From a virus, in the IMG/VR virus record IMGVR_UViG_3300024239_000013, positions 33,142 through 97,141 of that record: a DNA stretch of 64,000 bases, one strand, 5' to 3'. The translations under genes and the position numbers were made by a program. The notes beneath the pieces were generated by a model. That model searched no databases and was not told the origin of the DNA. It was given only the letters and a program-made list of their open reading frames with translations. This document shows positions 56,393 through 64,000 of this stretch, piece by piece (the stretch's first letter is position 1; each line of letters begins with the position of its first letter).

Positions 56393-57490
56393 CTAATCTT
56401 CTGTTTTATTCCAAAATGGTTTTTGATATTTGGGTCTTATCATTTTCCAGATTTTTTCTGAATAGTCATTCCCATCATAGAACATAAATAAAATACTTGT
56501 TATATCTCTATCTTGTTCTTTTGCCCATTCTGCAAATTCCTTCCTTCCTTTATCTTTTTCAAAATCTGGTCTTTTTTCAAAGAAGCTCTTGTAAATATCG
56601 TTTACTCTTTCCTCTATTGATGAATAGTTATATTTCAATTCTTTTATTATTTTCTTCACCCAAAGATCAAATTCATCAGGAACCCTATCCAAAAAATTAC
56701 CAAGATCCTGTTTATTTTTTAAGAGCTCCCAGATATCCACATTCGAGAAGTTTGTCAATAGTCTATGTAATCTAACATATTCCTCGCCTTTTATTTTCAT
56801 TCTGAATCCGGAAGAAAATCTAATAACGAAACCCTCGGAATTTGAAGATATTATTTTTTTAAGCTCTTTGTAATTATTAAGACCGTCATATTTTTTAACT
56901 ACTTTAAACCCTATAGTTCCTAGAATACCCTGGTTTTTTAAGTTCATTAAGCTTTTTTCGTCAGAGTGAATATCATATTCATATCCATCTAAATTATCAA
57001 TAACTGAAAGTAAAATGATATCCTCAAAATCATAGCTAACAACTATTCGATTTTCTGGGTAGATAATCTCGAATAAATAAGTGCAATCTTTCAACAAATC
57101 CTTATAATGATATTTCTCCAATATAGATCTTCCCCTTATCGCTTGCTCTGAAGTGAATGATCCTTTTGTAGCAAAATGCCATTCCCCTTCGTAATTGAAA
57201 AGTATACCCAAGGATCCGTCCATCTTCTCGAAAACATCAAAATTTTCGTTCGGAATATCGCTAGAATCCAATTCTTCTAAATTAAAGAATTTAGGAAATG
57301 TCCTTGCAACGACATTTCCTTCCCTATCAAGAACCGTCCCTCTCATATTAAGAGTGATTTCATCCCACTCTTTAGAGAATTGGCACTCTCTTGAATAGTT
57401 ATAAATATCCAAAGGTAATGATGGATGAGAATTTTTTTCTAAAAGACCTCTTTCAATATAGGAATTGAGAATATTTATATCGTATTTCAT
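56393..57490 (-). CDS. RNA ligase 1 (T4 gene 63 / Rnl1-like tRNA repair ligase)
   Basis: Collinear with T4 Rnl1: MRGTVL (CRGIMF), FPKFFNL (PMEKFFNL), motif I EKMDGSL (KEDGSL), ATKGSFTSEQA (FKSKGSIKSEQA), EIIYPENRIVVSY. Confidence 0.75.
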   Translation of the reverse strand: MKYDINILNSYIERGLLEKNSHPSLPLDIYNYSRECQFSKEWDEITLNMRGTVLDREGNVVARTFPKFFNLEELDSSDIPNENFDVFEKMDGSLGILFNYEGEWHFATKGSFTSEQAIRGRSILEKYHYKDLLKDCTYLFEIIYPENRIVVSYDFEDIILLSVIDNLDGYEYDIHSDEKSLMNLKNQGILGTIGFKVVKKYDGLNNYKELKKIISSNSEGFVIRFSSGFRMKIKGEEYVRLHRLLTNFSNVDIWELLKNKQDLGNFLDRVPDEFDLWVKKIIKELKYNYSSIEERVNDIYKSFFEKRPDFEKDKGRKEFAEWAKEQDRDITSILFMFYDGNDYSEKIWKMIRPKYQKPFWNKTED

Positions 57491-57789
57491 TTCATATTAT
57501 TATAGTCGCAAATGTATGATATTATTTCGGGATTAAAAAAAATTAAAGATAAAGTTTTACTTTTTTAATGATTATTTATATAAGAATGAATGCAGGTAAC
57601 TTTCAATTTATATTTTATCCACATAACAATAACCATTTCAATTAAGGTCGTTTGTAATTTTAAATTTCAGAAAAGGAACGACACATACATCTATCAATTA
57701 AAAGTAATTCTAAAAAAAATTAATAGAATTTAAGATAGATATATTTTTTAAAAATACGCGTGAACAACTTCTATTTTCATATTCACGTT

Positions 57790-58095
57790 TTATCTGTAAT
57801 ATTTTTTCTTTAGATTAATTTCAAGCGTATCTGTAAATGTTTTATCGCAAACATTTACATCATAATAACCAATATGCCATTCGTGTTTACCGTTCACGAA
57901 GTTATATCCATAGTGGTACCCAAATTTATTTTCAACGTGAGAATCGACACATTTTCCAATAATCCTATATTCTCTACCGTTTTTAATGAAATTCGGTTTA
58001 CGTGTAATTTCACATCCAACCAATAACGATAATGTCATTACATAGAAAAGTAATCTCGTATTTAATACTTTATTATTGTTCAATAGTATTTTCAT
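57790..58095 (-). CDS. putative lipoprotein (signal peptide with LVGC lipobox)
   Basis: N-terminal LLFYVMTLSLLVGCEI. Confidence 0.5.
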   Translation of the reverse strand: MKILLNNNKVLNTRLLFYVMTLSLLVGCEITRKPNFIKNGREYRIIGKCVDSHVENKFGYHYGYNFVNGKHEWHIGYYDVNVCDKTFTDTLEINLKKKYYR

Positions 58096-58097
58096 AT

Positions 58098-58535
58098 TTA
58101 TTTGATTGTATTTTCGTTTATAAAAAAACCAAAATCAACTAAATCTTCAATATTTTTCATGTTATCCCTAAATAAAAATTCAACACCTTCTTCATAGGAA
58201 ATAAATCTTCCTATTGATATGTCATTATTGTGTACTAGATACCCATTTTTGTCTATTTTAAATCCTTTAAACAAAACTTTTTCTTTTGCTCTTAAATAAT
58301 TATAAATTTCATCATTGTAGGCATCATCATAACCTTCAATATAATTTTCAGGTTTTTCTAAAACATTACCATCCTCGTCACAAGGAACAAACATTTCTAG
58401 TTTTAAAGATTGTTTTAGAAATTCCACATATCTTTTCACTGTATTAATATGTCTTATGGCTTCTTCCTGCGTTGGAATATTTTCTAATAATTCAAAATGA
58501 TCTAAAACAAAATCAGAAATTGATATTAGTTTCAT
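58098..58535 (-). CDS. hypothetical protein, paralog of 59687..60067. ATG start at 58535; the track used an upstream GTG
   Basis: Shared LIS(I/M)(S/T)DFVL...FLKQ(S/P)LKLEMF(V/F)PCDEDGN(V/I)L; preceded by the conserved hairpin motif. Confidence 0.5.
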   Translation of the reverse strand: MKLISISDFVLDHFELLENIPTQEEAIRHINTVKRYVEFLKQSLKLEMFVPCDEDGNVLEKPENYIEGYDDAYNDEIYNYLRAKEKVLFKGFKIDKNGYLVHNNDISIGRFISYEEGVEFLFRDNMKNIEDLVDFGFFINENTIK

Positions 58536-58543
58536 AATTATCA

Positions 58544-58568
58544 CCACTTACTACAAGTGGGAAGTTTT
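58544..58568 (-). repeat. conserved hairpin motif copy 1 (CCACTT-ACTAC-AAGTGG-GAAGTTTT), 8 nt upstream of the 58535 start codon
   Basis: One of 6 copies (also 59387-59410, 60575-60598, 60969-60995, 61316-61344, 61735-61763). Confidence 0.6.
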
Positions 58569-58572
58569 AAGG

Positions 58573-58758
58573 TTAAAAAGGACAATATTCTTTTTTAGGT
58601 TTGTCCTGTAATTCTACATAATCTCTTTTTATTTTCTCTGAGATTGCTTTTCTTACAAAATCTGAAACCTTTATATTTCTGGATTTCAATTTCTCTAAAG
58701 TTCTTTTTTGGGTAGCTGAAATTTTAAGCGTAAAAACTTCGGTATATAAAGGTCTCAT
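58573..58758 (-). CDS. small ribbon-helix-helix-like DNA-binding protein
   Basis: VFTLKISATQKRTLEKL...VSDFVRKAISEKI resembles Arc/CopG-type folds. Confidence 0.35.
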   Translation of the reverse strand: MRPLYTEVFTLKISATQKRTLEKLKSRNIKVSDFVRKAISEKIKRDYVELQDKPKKEYCPF

Positions 58759-58803
58759 AATGATTTTGTATTACTTTTTATTCGTCTATATAGATGTTAT
58801 ACG

Positions 58804-59265
58804 CTATATTATTTTTCCCATCCTCTTTTCAAGTAATTGCGGATTTTCATAAATATTTCCTATTTTTTTATAAAGTCTATTTTCAAGTGGAAAAGTCCAG
58901 AACATACTTTCATCCAGTTCTTTTATATCCCCATCTTTATATTTCTCAAACTCATAATCTAACAAAGCTCCGAACATTCCCCATTCTTTAATCCAAACTA
59001 CAACAGTAATATTTCCTTCTTTATCCTCAAGAATATCACTTTCCCATATAAATTTAAATTCAGTGTCTTCAAATCCTGTCTTTTCCATTGCTATTATTTC
59101 AGCAAGATTTGCCCACTTATATTCTCCTGTTCCGTCTGGAATATAAAGAGCTTTTCCGTTTCCTACGATGGCATTGTATCTCATTTTTTTGCCATCCCAT
59201 AATCTGTAATTAGGTCTTTTCATTTTATAATTTTTTAGTATTAATATTACACGCTTCAACAGCAT
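58804..59265 (-). CDS. hypothetical protein
   Basis: 153-aa ORF. Confidence 0.5.
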   Translation of the reverse strand: MLLKRVILILKNYKMKRPNYRLWDGKKMRYNAIVGNGKALYIPDGTGEYKWANLAEIIAMEKTGFEDTEFKFIWESDILEDKEGNITVVVWIKEWGMFGALLDYEFEKYKDGDIKELDESMFWTFPLENRLYKKIGNIYENPQLLEKRMGKII

Positions 59266-59378
59266 CTGTTAATCCTTGTGAATAACAACTATAACAAAGA
59301 GTTTTTAAATCAAATTCAGGCGTTTCTGGTTTAAAATCTTTAAACTTTGATTGAAATCTTTGTTCATCCAAATACATA
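59226..59378 (-). CDS. small hypothetical protein (about 50 aa, MYLDEQRFQSKFKDFKPETPEF...) preceded by the conserved hairpin motif
   Basis: Hand-translated; below the track cutoff; the motif sits 8 nt upstream of its ATG. Confidence 0.3.
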
Positions 59379-59444
59379 TTAATAAACACTTACTACAAGT
59401 GGGAAGTTTTAATATTAATTGTTTTTATTTCGTCTATTTTTGTG

Positions 59445-59690
59445 TTATAAGCAATTATTACCAGACATTCGGTTAATTCTAATCTGTAGGTTTTCTCGCT
59501 CTTCATATAATTCCGACAAACGTTTATTGTAGTCAAAATCTTTGTTGGTTTCCATCGAAACTTCAAATCTGTGAATACCATTTAAAACAATCGTTTCACC
59601 CTTTTTAATGCGAAAAATAACATTTATAGCACCATTTATTATTTCAACCTTGTTTTGCATGTTGATTAATAATCTGTTTTTTTTTTTCAT
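59445..59690 (-). CDS. hypothetical protein
   Basis: 81-aa ORF. Confidence 0.4.
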   Translation of the reverse strand: MKKKNRLLINMQNKVEIINGAINVIFRIKKGETIVLNGIHRFEVSMETNKDFDYNKRLSELYEERENLQIRINRMSGNNCL

Positions 59691-60067
59691 AGTCCTATTT
59701 GTTTAATTGCTGATTCGGTTAAATAAATTGGTGTTATTGTATTAATAATATCTGATAAAGATTCTATTGTTGAGAATGTATTCACTAACCATTTAGCTTG
59801 AGCAATAGGTATATTTTCAAATAAAACTTTTTCTTTAGAATTATTGTATTGTATTTGTTTAAATTCTTTTTCACTTCCTGCATCTTTATCAGAAGCAAAT
59901 GGATTATTTAAAATATTTCCATCTTCGTCACAAGGAAAAAACATTTCTAGTTTTAAAGGCTGTTTTAGAAAGTTAGCATATTTTACAATTGAATCTCTTT
60001 GTTTTATATCTGTAATATCTTGATTAAGAACAAAATCTGTCATTGATATTAATCTAAATGTTTCCAC
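59687..60067 (-). CDS. hypothetical protein, paralog of 58098..58535
   Basis: Shared motifs (see 58098..58535). Confidence 0.5.
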   Translation of the reverse strand: METFRLISMTDFVLNQDITDIKQRDSIVKYANFLKQPLKLEMFFPCDEDGNILNNPFASDKDAGSEKEFKQIQYNNSKEKVLFENIPIAQAKWLVNTFSTIESLSDIINTITPIYLTESAIKQIGL

Positions 60068-60567
60068 GTTTTTCGGTTAATTATATTATATATATTACGA
60101 TATGTTACTTTGTATTTTAGTGCAAGTTCAGTTGGTTTTAATGTTGAATTTCTAATTTCAATTATATCTTTTTCTGTTAATTTGCTTTGATGGTGTTTTT
60201 CACCTGTCATAGTATTTGAAATTGACTTTTTATGCTTATCTGTTATAGAAGTCCCTTTTCTAGCATTTATAAATTTTTCTGATACACCTTTATTAGATAT
60301 ACGTTTTTTAGACTCTAATCCTATTTTGTTTTTAGATTCTATTGTATGTTTATAGCCTTCTGGATGGTCATAATTATAATGACATTTTCTACAAAGCTTT
60401 ATATAGTTTTCAACATTCTTTTCATGAAACTTGCCATTTATTAATGCATTATCCAATATAGATTCTGTATCTCCACATCTTTCACAGGCTTTTATGTGTT
60501 TCATTCTTCTTCTAATCCAATCATGAATATTTCTATAATCTTTTGAGTTCGTTGATATTAGTTTCAT
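60049..60567 (-). mobile_element. free-standing HNH homing endonuclease with a NUMOD-like DNA-binding C-terminus
   Basis: CERCG...H...N...LCRKCH HNH core; C-terminal basic helix-turn-helix-like repeats. Confidence 0.55.
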
Positions 60568-60569
60568 AA

Positions 60570-60959
60570 TTATATCCTCTTATAACAAGTGGGGTTTTTA
60601 ACAAGTTCTATGTTTGATTGTTTGTAGTATCTAAGGGATTTTAATTTTTCTTGGATACGAGATTCTACATCAGAAAAATCAATTTCTTTAAATAGATCAT
60701 GAATTATGTCAGTATCGTCCCCTGTTATCTCATTCCACAATTCCCAAGTTGAATCTGCTAATAAATCTCGAATTTGATTTTCGTCTATTCCATTAAAAAT
60801 AATAGGAGTTTTTTCAGTTGCCATTGGAGATTTATCGAAATTAATAGCATCAATATCATCAGAAATATTTTTTAGTCTTTGGTGACCTTCATCAGGATAT
60901 ACATAATATTTATATCCATTATTTATTGCTTCTTGTAATGTCATTTTTATATTTTTCAT
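60570..60959 (-). CDS. hypothetical acidic protein
   Basis: 129 aa; hairpin motif upstream. Confidence 0.5.
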   Translation of the reverse strand: MKNIKMTLQEAINNGYKYYVYPDEGHQRLKNISDDIDAINFDKSPMATEKTPIIFNGIDENQIRDLLADSTWELWNEITGDDTDIIHDLFKEIDFSDVESRIQEKLKSLRYYKQSNIELVKNPTCYKRI

Positions 60960-60975
60960 TTTATGCTTCCACTTA

Positions 60976-61305
60976 CTACAAGTGGGAAGTTTTTGATTCG
61001 TGTAATAATCTATCTATTTCAGCTACTATTAGTGCTCCTGCTTTTTGTAAATCTCTAATTCGTAAATTAGTATTATCTGTATAATCTCTTTTTAACCATT
61101 CTAAATCAAATGGCCAGAAATGTAAAAACATATCATTTCCCCATTCATTATCAATAAAACTAATCATATCATTAGTCATAGCATATGCACAGGCCGCATT
61201 TGCCAATTCTCCTTCTTTATGTTCTGCATCATGTTCATAAGTCCATCCTTCTATTTCAATTTGTCTTTGCCTTTCTTCAGCAATTAATTGTATTTCTGTT
61301 TTCAT
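60976..61305 (-). CDS. hypothetical protein
   Basis: 109 aa; hairpin motif upstream. Confidence 0.5.
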   Translation of the reverse strand: MKTEIQLIAEERQRQIEIEGWTYEHDAEHKEGELANAACAYAMTNDMISFIDNEWGNDMFLHFWPFDLEWLKRDYTDNTNLRIRDLQKAGALIVAEIDRLLHESKTSHL

Positions 61306-61351
61306 TTTATTAAATCCACTTACAAATTCTAGTGGGAAGTTTTAGTTTTGT

Positions 61352-61726
61352 TTATCCATCTAGCCAATCAGACCTATCATAACATAAATAAGAGTGGTCT
61401 TCTGGTTCTTCATATTTACAATTATTACAAAAAGCCTCAGAAAATTCTTCGTGAGTTGCTAATTCACCACAACCGCAGTAAAGTCTTTCTATTGAACCTT
61501 TTTTTATTTTTAACCTAATATTTCTATATTTAAAACAATCATCTATATTTTCAGGATAACCATTTTTATCAATATCTCCTTCAACATAGTCTTTGTTATC
61601 GTACATTTCTTCAACGTTCATAAAATCTTGACCATAAGACCTAACATTTCCCCAAACTTCATCTCCAATTTCTATATGAACATAATCTCCTATTACTTCT
61701 TGTTCTGATATTGCTTTTACAAACAT
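61352..61726 (-). CDS. hypothetical Cys-containing protein
   Basis: 124 aa; hairpin motif variant upstream. Confidence 0.5.
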   Translation of the reverse strand: MFVKAISEQEVIGDYVHIEIGDEVWGNVRSYGQDFMNVEEMYDNKDYVEGDIDKNGYPENIDDCFKYRNIRLKIKKGSIERLYCGCGELATHEEFSEAFCNNCKYEEPEDHSYLCYDRSDWLDG

Positions 61727-61780
61727 ATTTTAATCCACTTCGCTATGCCTAGTTGGAAGTTTTAAATTTTTCTAACTCAA

Positions 61781-62032
61781 CTAAGGAATCCATGTACAAA
61801 TAGCAACTTTGTCCCAATTTTTATTTTCAAGTAAAGTCTTATCATCAGACCATTGACCTAAATGATTTCGTTCGCCACTCTCTTTATCCCACATCCAATC
61901 ACAAAATTCATCCTCAAAACCAGTACCATTACCAGCATTAACAGTAACTCCATGAAATCTTGACAAGTCACCATCTACCAATAAAAATTGTAATGGGCTT
62001 TCAATGTCATTGTAAATAATTAAAGTTTTCAT
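61781..62032 (-). CDS. hypothetical protein
   Basis: 83-aa ORF. Confidence 0.45.
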   Translation of the reverse strand: MKTLIIYNDIESPLQFLLVDGDLSRFHGVTVNAGNGTGFEDEFCDWMWDKESGERNHLGQWSDDKTLLENKNWDKVAICTWIP

Positions 62033-62214
62033 TTATTAATTCTTTTGTCTTTTTCTAAAATTTCTTTTTTGTGTTCGAGGACTTTTCTAGCTTCTGTAGA
62101 AATTCCTTTATTTTTCTTTAAAGCATCAACAATTTTTCCCCATTCATATACATTTGAATGACTTAATGATGCTGTTCTTACTTGCCCTTTAAACCAATAA
62201 TTAATTGCTAACAT
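62029..62214 (-). CDS. hypothetical protein
   Basis: 61-aa ORF. Confidence 0.35.
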   Translation of the reverse strand: MLAINYWFKGQVRTASLSHSNVYEWGKIVDALKKNKGISTEARKVLEHKKEILEKDKRINK

Positions 62215-62253
62215 AATTTTTCAATATTTAAAATTGTATAAAATTCTTTTGAT

Positions 62254-62436
62254 TTAGTGGCATTTCATTAACTTTCTATTGAATTCTTGAGTATGGTTTA
62301 TTAATGGGTGGTTAAATTCAATTTCGTTAAACTTATTTTTATCAATATCAATTCGGATACAACACTTCATCACATCAACATTACTGAATACACGTTCTTC
62401 TATTTCGTCATTTTTTTGGAATAAATTTAACGTCAT
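62254..62436 (-). CDS. hypothetical protein
   Basis: 60-aa ORF. Confidence 0.3.
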   Translation of the reverse strand: MTLNLFQKNDEIEERVFSNVDVMKCCIRIDIDKNKFNEIEFNHPLINHTQEFNRKLMKCH

Positions 62437-62656
62437 TTAATTCATTGTACTCCTTTAAAGAAAAAGGTTTCACCTTATAATTTTGTCTTAATTTACCATA
62501 ATCAAAAACCATTCTTATACCTCTATGGGCCAAATAATTATAATCTCTTGTCATATAAACACAGGGATATAATATCCTCTGATCCATATAAATAAAACCA
62601 GTATCTAAAATTGATTTTAATCTTTTTAAGTTTAGTATATTATGATATAGTTCCAT
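62408..62656 (-). CDS. hypothetical protein
   Basis: 82-aa ORF. Confidence 0.4.
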   Translation of the reverse strand: MELYHNILNLKRLKSILDTGFIYMDQRILYPCVYMTRDYNYLAHRGIRMVFDYGKLRQNYKVKPFSLKEYNELNDVKFIPKK

Positions 62657-62707
62657 AAATTAAATGTTAAAATACTACACACAGATCCAAAATTTTTACT
62701 AGAAATA

Positions 62708-62989
62708 CTAAACAATATTTGCCACACCATTGGTAATTATATAATGAGTTTTACACCCAAACCTATGAAGTATTGACGGACTTATGGTCGCTTTACCGTT
62801 ATTAATGGTTAAGTTCCATTCACCTTCTTTAATAGGTATTGGTGTTTGCTTTCCACAACCACAAGGACAAAGGTGATTTGCTATTTTATATTCTTTTGAA
62901 TAATATAGTTTACCTGATTCCATTTCATTGAATCCTGGAATAAATTCTACTTCAATAAGTTCTAAAGGAACTTTCTGTAATGTTTTCAT
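62708..62989 (-). CDS. hypothetical zinc-ribbon protein (CPCGCGK...)
   Basis: 93-aa ORF. Confidence 0.45.
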   Translation of the reverse strand: MKTLQKVPLELIEVEFIPGFNEMESGKLYYSKEYKIANHLCPCGCGKQTPIPIKEGEWNLTINNGKATISPSILHRFGCKTHYIITNGVANIV

Positions 62990-63012
62990 TTTAATATTTT
63001 TTTAAATAAAAA

Positions 63013-63297
63013 TTAACCCCATATAGAATCTTCCAATTTTTCAACATCTTCTAGACTTCTAATATCAACATATTTAATCCTAATCCCATTATGAAAAACT
63101 GACACATGAAAGGATTTATTGTCGGTAACCATTCTAAAAGAAATGTCATGACCATAGAGCCCATTTTTAGAATATTGTAAATCAAATAATGATGTTGCAA
63201 CTTTTCTTAGTTCGTTATGATTTAGTTCGTTATGATTCATACTTTTCTTGTATATGTTAATATCGATATTTTTTCTAAAAATAATTTGACTATCCAA
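63013..63297 (-). CDS. hypothetical protein
   Basis: 94-aa ORF. Confidence 0.45.
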   Translation of the reverse strand: MDSQIIFRKNIDINIYKKSMNHNELNHNELRKVATSLFDLQYSKNGLYGHDISFRMVTDNKSFHVSVFHNGIRIKYVDIRSLEDVEKLEDSIWG

Positions 63298-64000
63298 TAA
63301 GTTTTACCCGAGAGGCTATCTTGAATCCAGCAATTGTATGAACTTCATGTTCACTAGTTCCAAAGTAATTAGTCACAAGATAATTGCCGGGTTTTGGAGA
63401 AATCTTGACAACTGATCCGGATGGTTCTTTTACATCACTGACATTTCCAAACATGTATCTCCACATATCACATGAAATTGAACCGCAATAAATCCAACCC
63501 AATTTTGGAAGTTCTTCACTGGCCTCGAACTCCATTCCAGAATTATCTCCTTGACCTTCAGCCCAACGATAAGTCTCTTCTATGATTATGAATTCTTGTT
63601 TATCACTAGACAAATAGATATCAATTGACGTATTTCCCAGTTGTTGGTAGCCAATATTGTCATTGGCATGAAACTCAGCAATACGTCTTCTTCCAACTAT
63701 AGTATTCAAAGAAAAGTAATTATAAGAAAAGTCTTTTTCAGCTTCGTCTAGTTTAGCAATGTGATCTTTAAAGAAGTTAGCAAAGACGATTTCTCCATTT
63801 ACTTTAAATTCAAATGACTGGGGTAAGTTATGTTCTAATTCGCAACGATCTTCCTGGTATTCATAAAACCATTTACTTGCTGGAGATTCTTTGGTATTGA
63901 GTTCAGCAACAAAACAAATAATCTTAGACTCTAGTGGATCATACCTCCAACCGAGTGATCGATTACAATTTGCACATGGTGAATCCAGTTCTATTTCCCT
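63290..64000 (-). CDS. hypothetical protein, N-terminally truncated by the window end (the frame stays open to 64000). The track 63290..63709 ORF uses an internal TTG
   Basis: Hand translation upstream of 63709 continues without a stop (...CANCNRSLGWRYDPLESKIICF...NTIVGRRR...). Confidence 0.45.
   Translation of the reverse strand, partial: REIELDSPCANCNRSLGWRYDPLESKIICFVAELNTKESPASKWFYEYQEDRCELEHNLPQSFEFKVNGEIVFANFFKDHIAKLDEAEKDFSYNYFSLNTIVGRRRIAEFHANDNIGYQQLGNTSIDIYLSSDKQEFIIIEETYRWAEGQGDNSGMEFEASEELPKLGWIYCGSISCDMWRYMFGNVSDVKEPSGSVVKISPKPGNYLVTNYFGTSEHEVHTIAGFKIASRVKLIG

Noticed and set aside
56497-57398. Plus-strand ORFs 56497..56775 and 57195..57398 inside the Rnl1 gene
   Set aside because: Antisense to a confidently identified RNA ligase 1 gene.
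58098-58547. GTG start at 58547 used by the ORF track (MVIIMKLIS...)
   Set aside because: An ATG (MKLISISDF) at 58535 sits 8 nt downstream of the conserved hairpin motif, exactly as in the five other copies, so the ATG start is preferred.

Overview
AT-rich (about 70% AT by eye) double-stranded DNA phage sequence with T4-like features: dense short genes, terminator hairpins, and an RNA ligase 1 / polynucleotide kinase repair set. Most genes beyond 20 kb lie on the minus strand. Three things stand out.

(1) Internal-protein locus. Eleven tandem plus-strand paralogs (5.5-15.2 kb), plus a divergent twelfth member, each begin M-K-R-I-x-N-Y-K-T-F-I-N-E-S. This strongly resembles the T4 capsid-targeting sequence (MKTYQEFIAE, cut by the prohead protease after L/I-x-E). 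Each paralog carries 5-9 copies of a 22-residue LRR-like repeat (F-D-C-S-x-N-x-L-T-S-L-E-G-x-P-K-E-V-G-G). About ten further ORFs in the window, including two SLT lytic transglycosylases, carry the same targeting-like N-terminus. The window appears to encode a large, diversifying arsenal of capsid-packaged, probably injected proteins.

(2) tRNA and translation repair genes, spread over 34.8-57.5 kb (minus strand). These are RNA ligase 1, a split Pnk (P-loop kinase plus separate calcineurin-type phosphoesterase), a Thg1-like 3'-5' polymerase fused in an operon with a YqeY/GatB-domain protein, a minimal CCA-adding tRNA nucleotidyltransferase, a macro domain, and a phage-encoded SmpB. A second, Rnl2-like ligase is a fractured gene: N-extein with the N-half of a split intein, then a free-standing zinc-finger/Vsr-like homing endonuclease gene, then the intein C-half with the KxDG nucleotidyltransferase domain. 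Nearby are two unusually long tRNA-like genes (162 and 129 nt, with a canonical type-II D-arm and T-arm/acceptor) and, between them, an ORF with an in-frame TGA. Taken together this looks like a counter-defence and translation-rescue system.

(3) Non-coding oddities. A roughly 1.1 kb GC-rich, G-run-rich island (3.9-5.0 kb) is bounded by perfect 21-bp inverted repeats and (TAAGAC)n / (GTCTTA)n microsatellite arms. A conserved hairpin motif (CCACTT-N5-AAGTGGGAAGTTTT) sits about 8 nt upstream of six consecutive small minus-strand genes (58.5-61.8 kb). GMP reductase is broken by a -1 frameshift at GGGGAAA.

Other content: ClpP, a flotillin-like SPFH protein, LemA, a 5'(3')-deoxyribonucleotidase, an M28-like peptidase, two HNH endonucleases, a lipoprotein, and many hypothetical small proteins. 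Coordinates for ORFs follow the supplied six-frame track unless stated otherwise.
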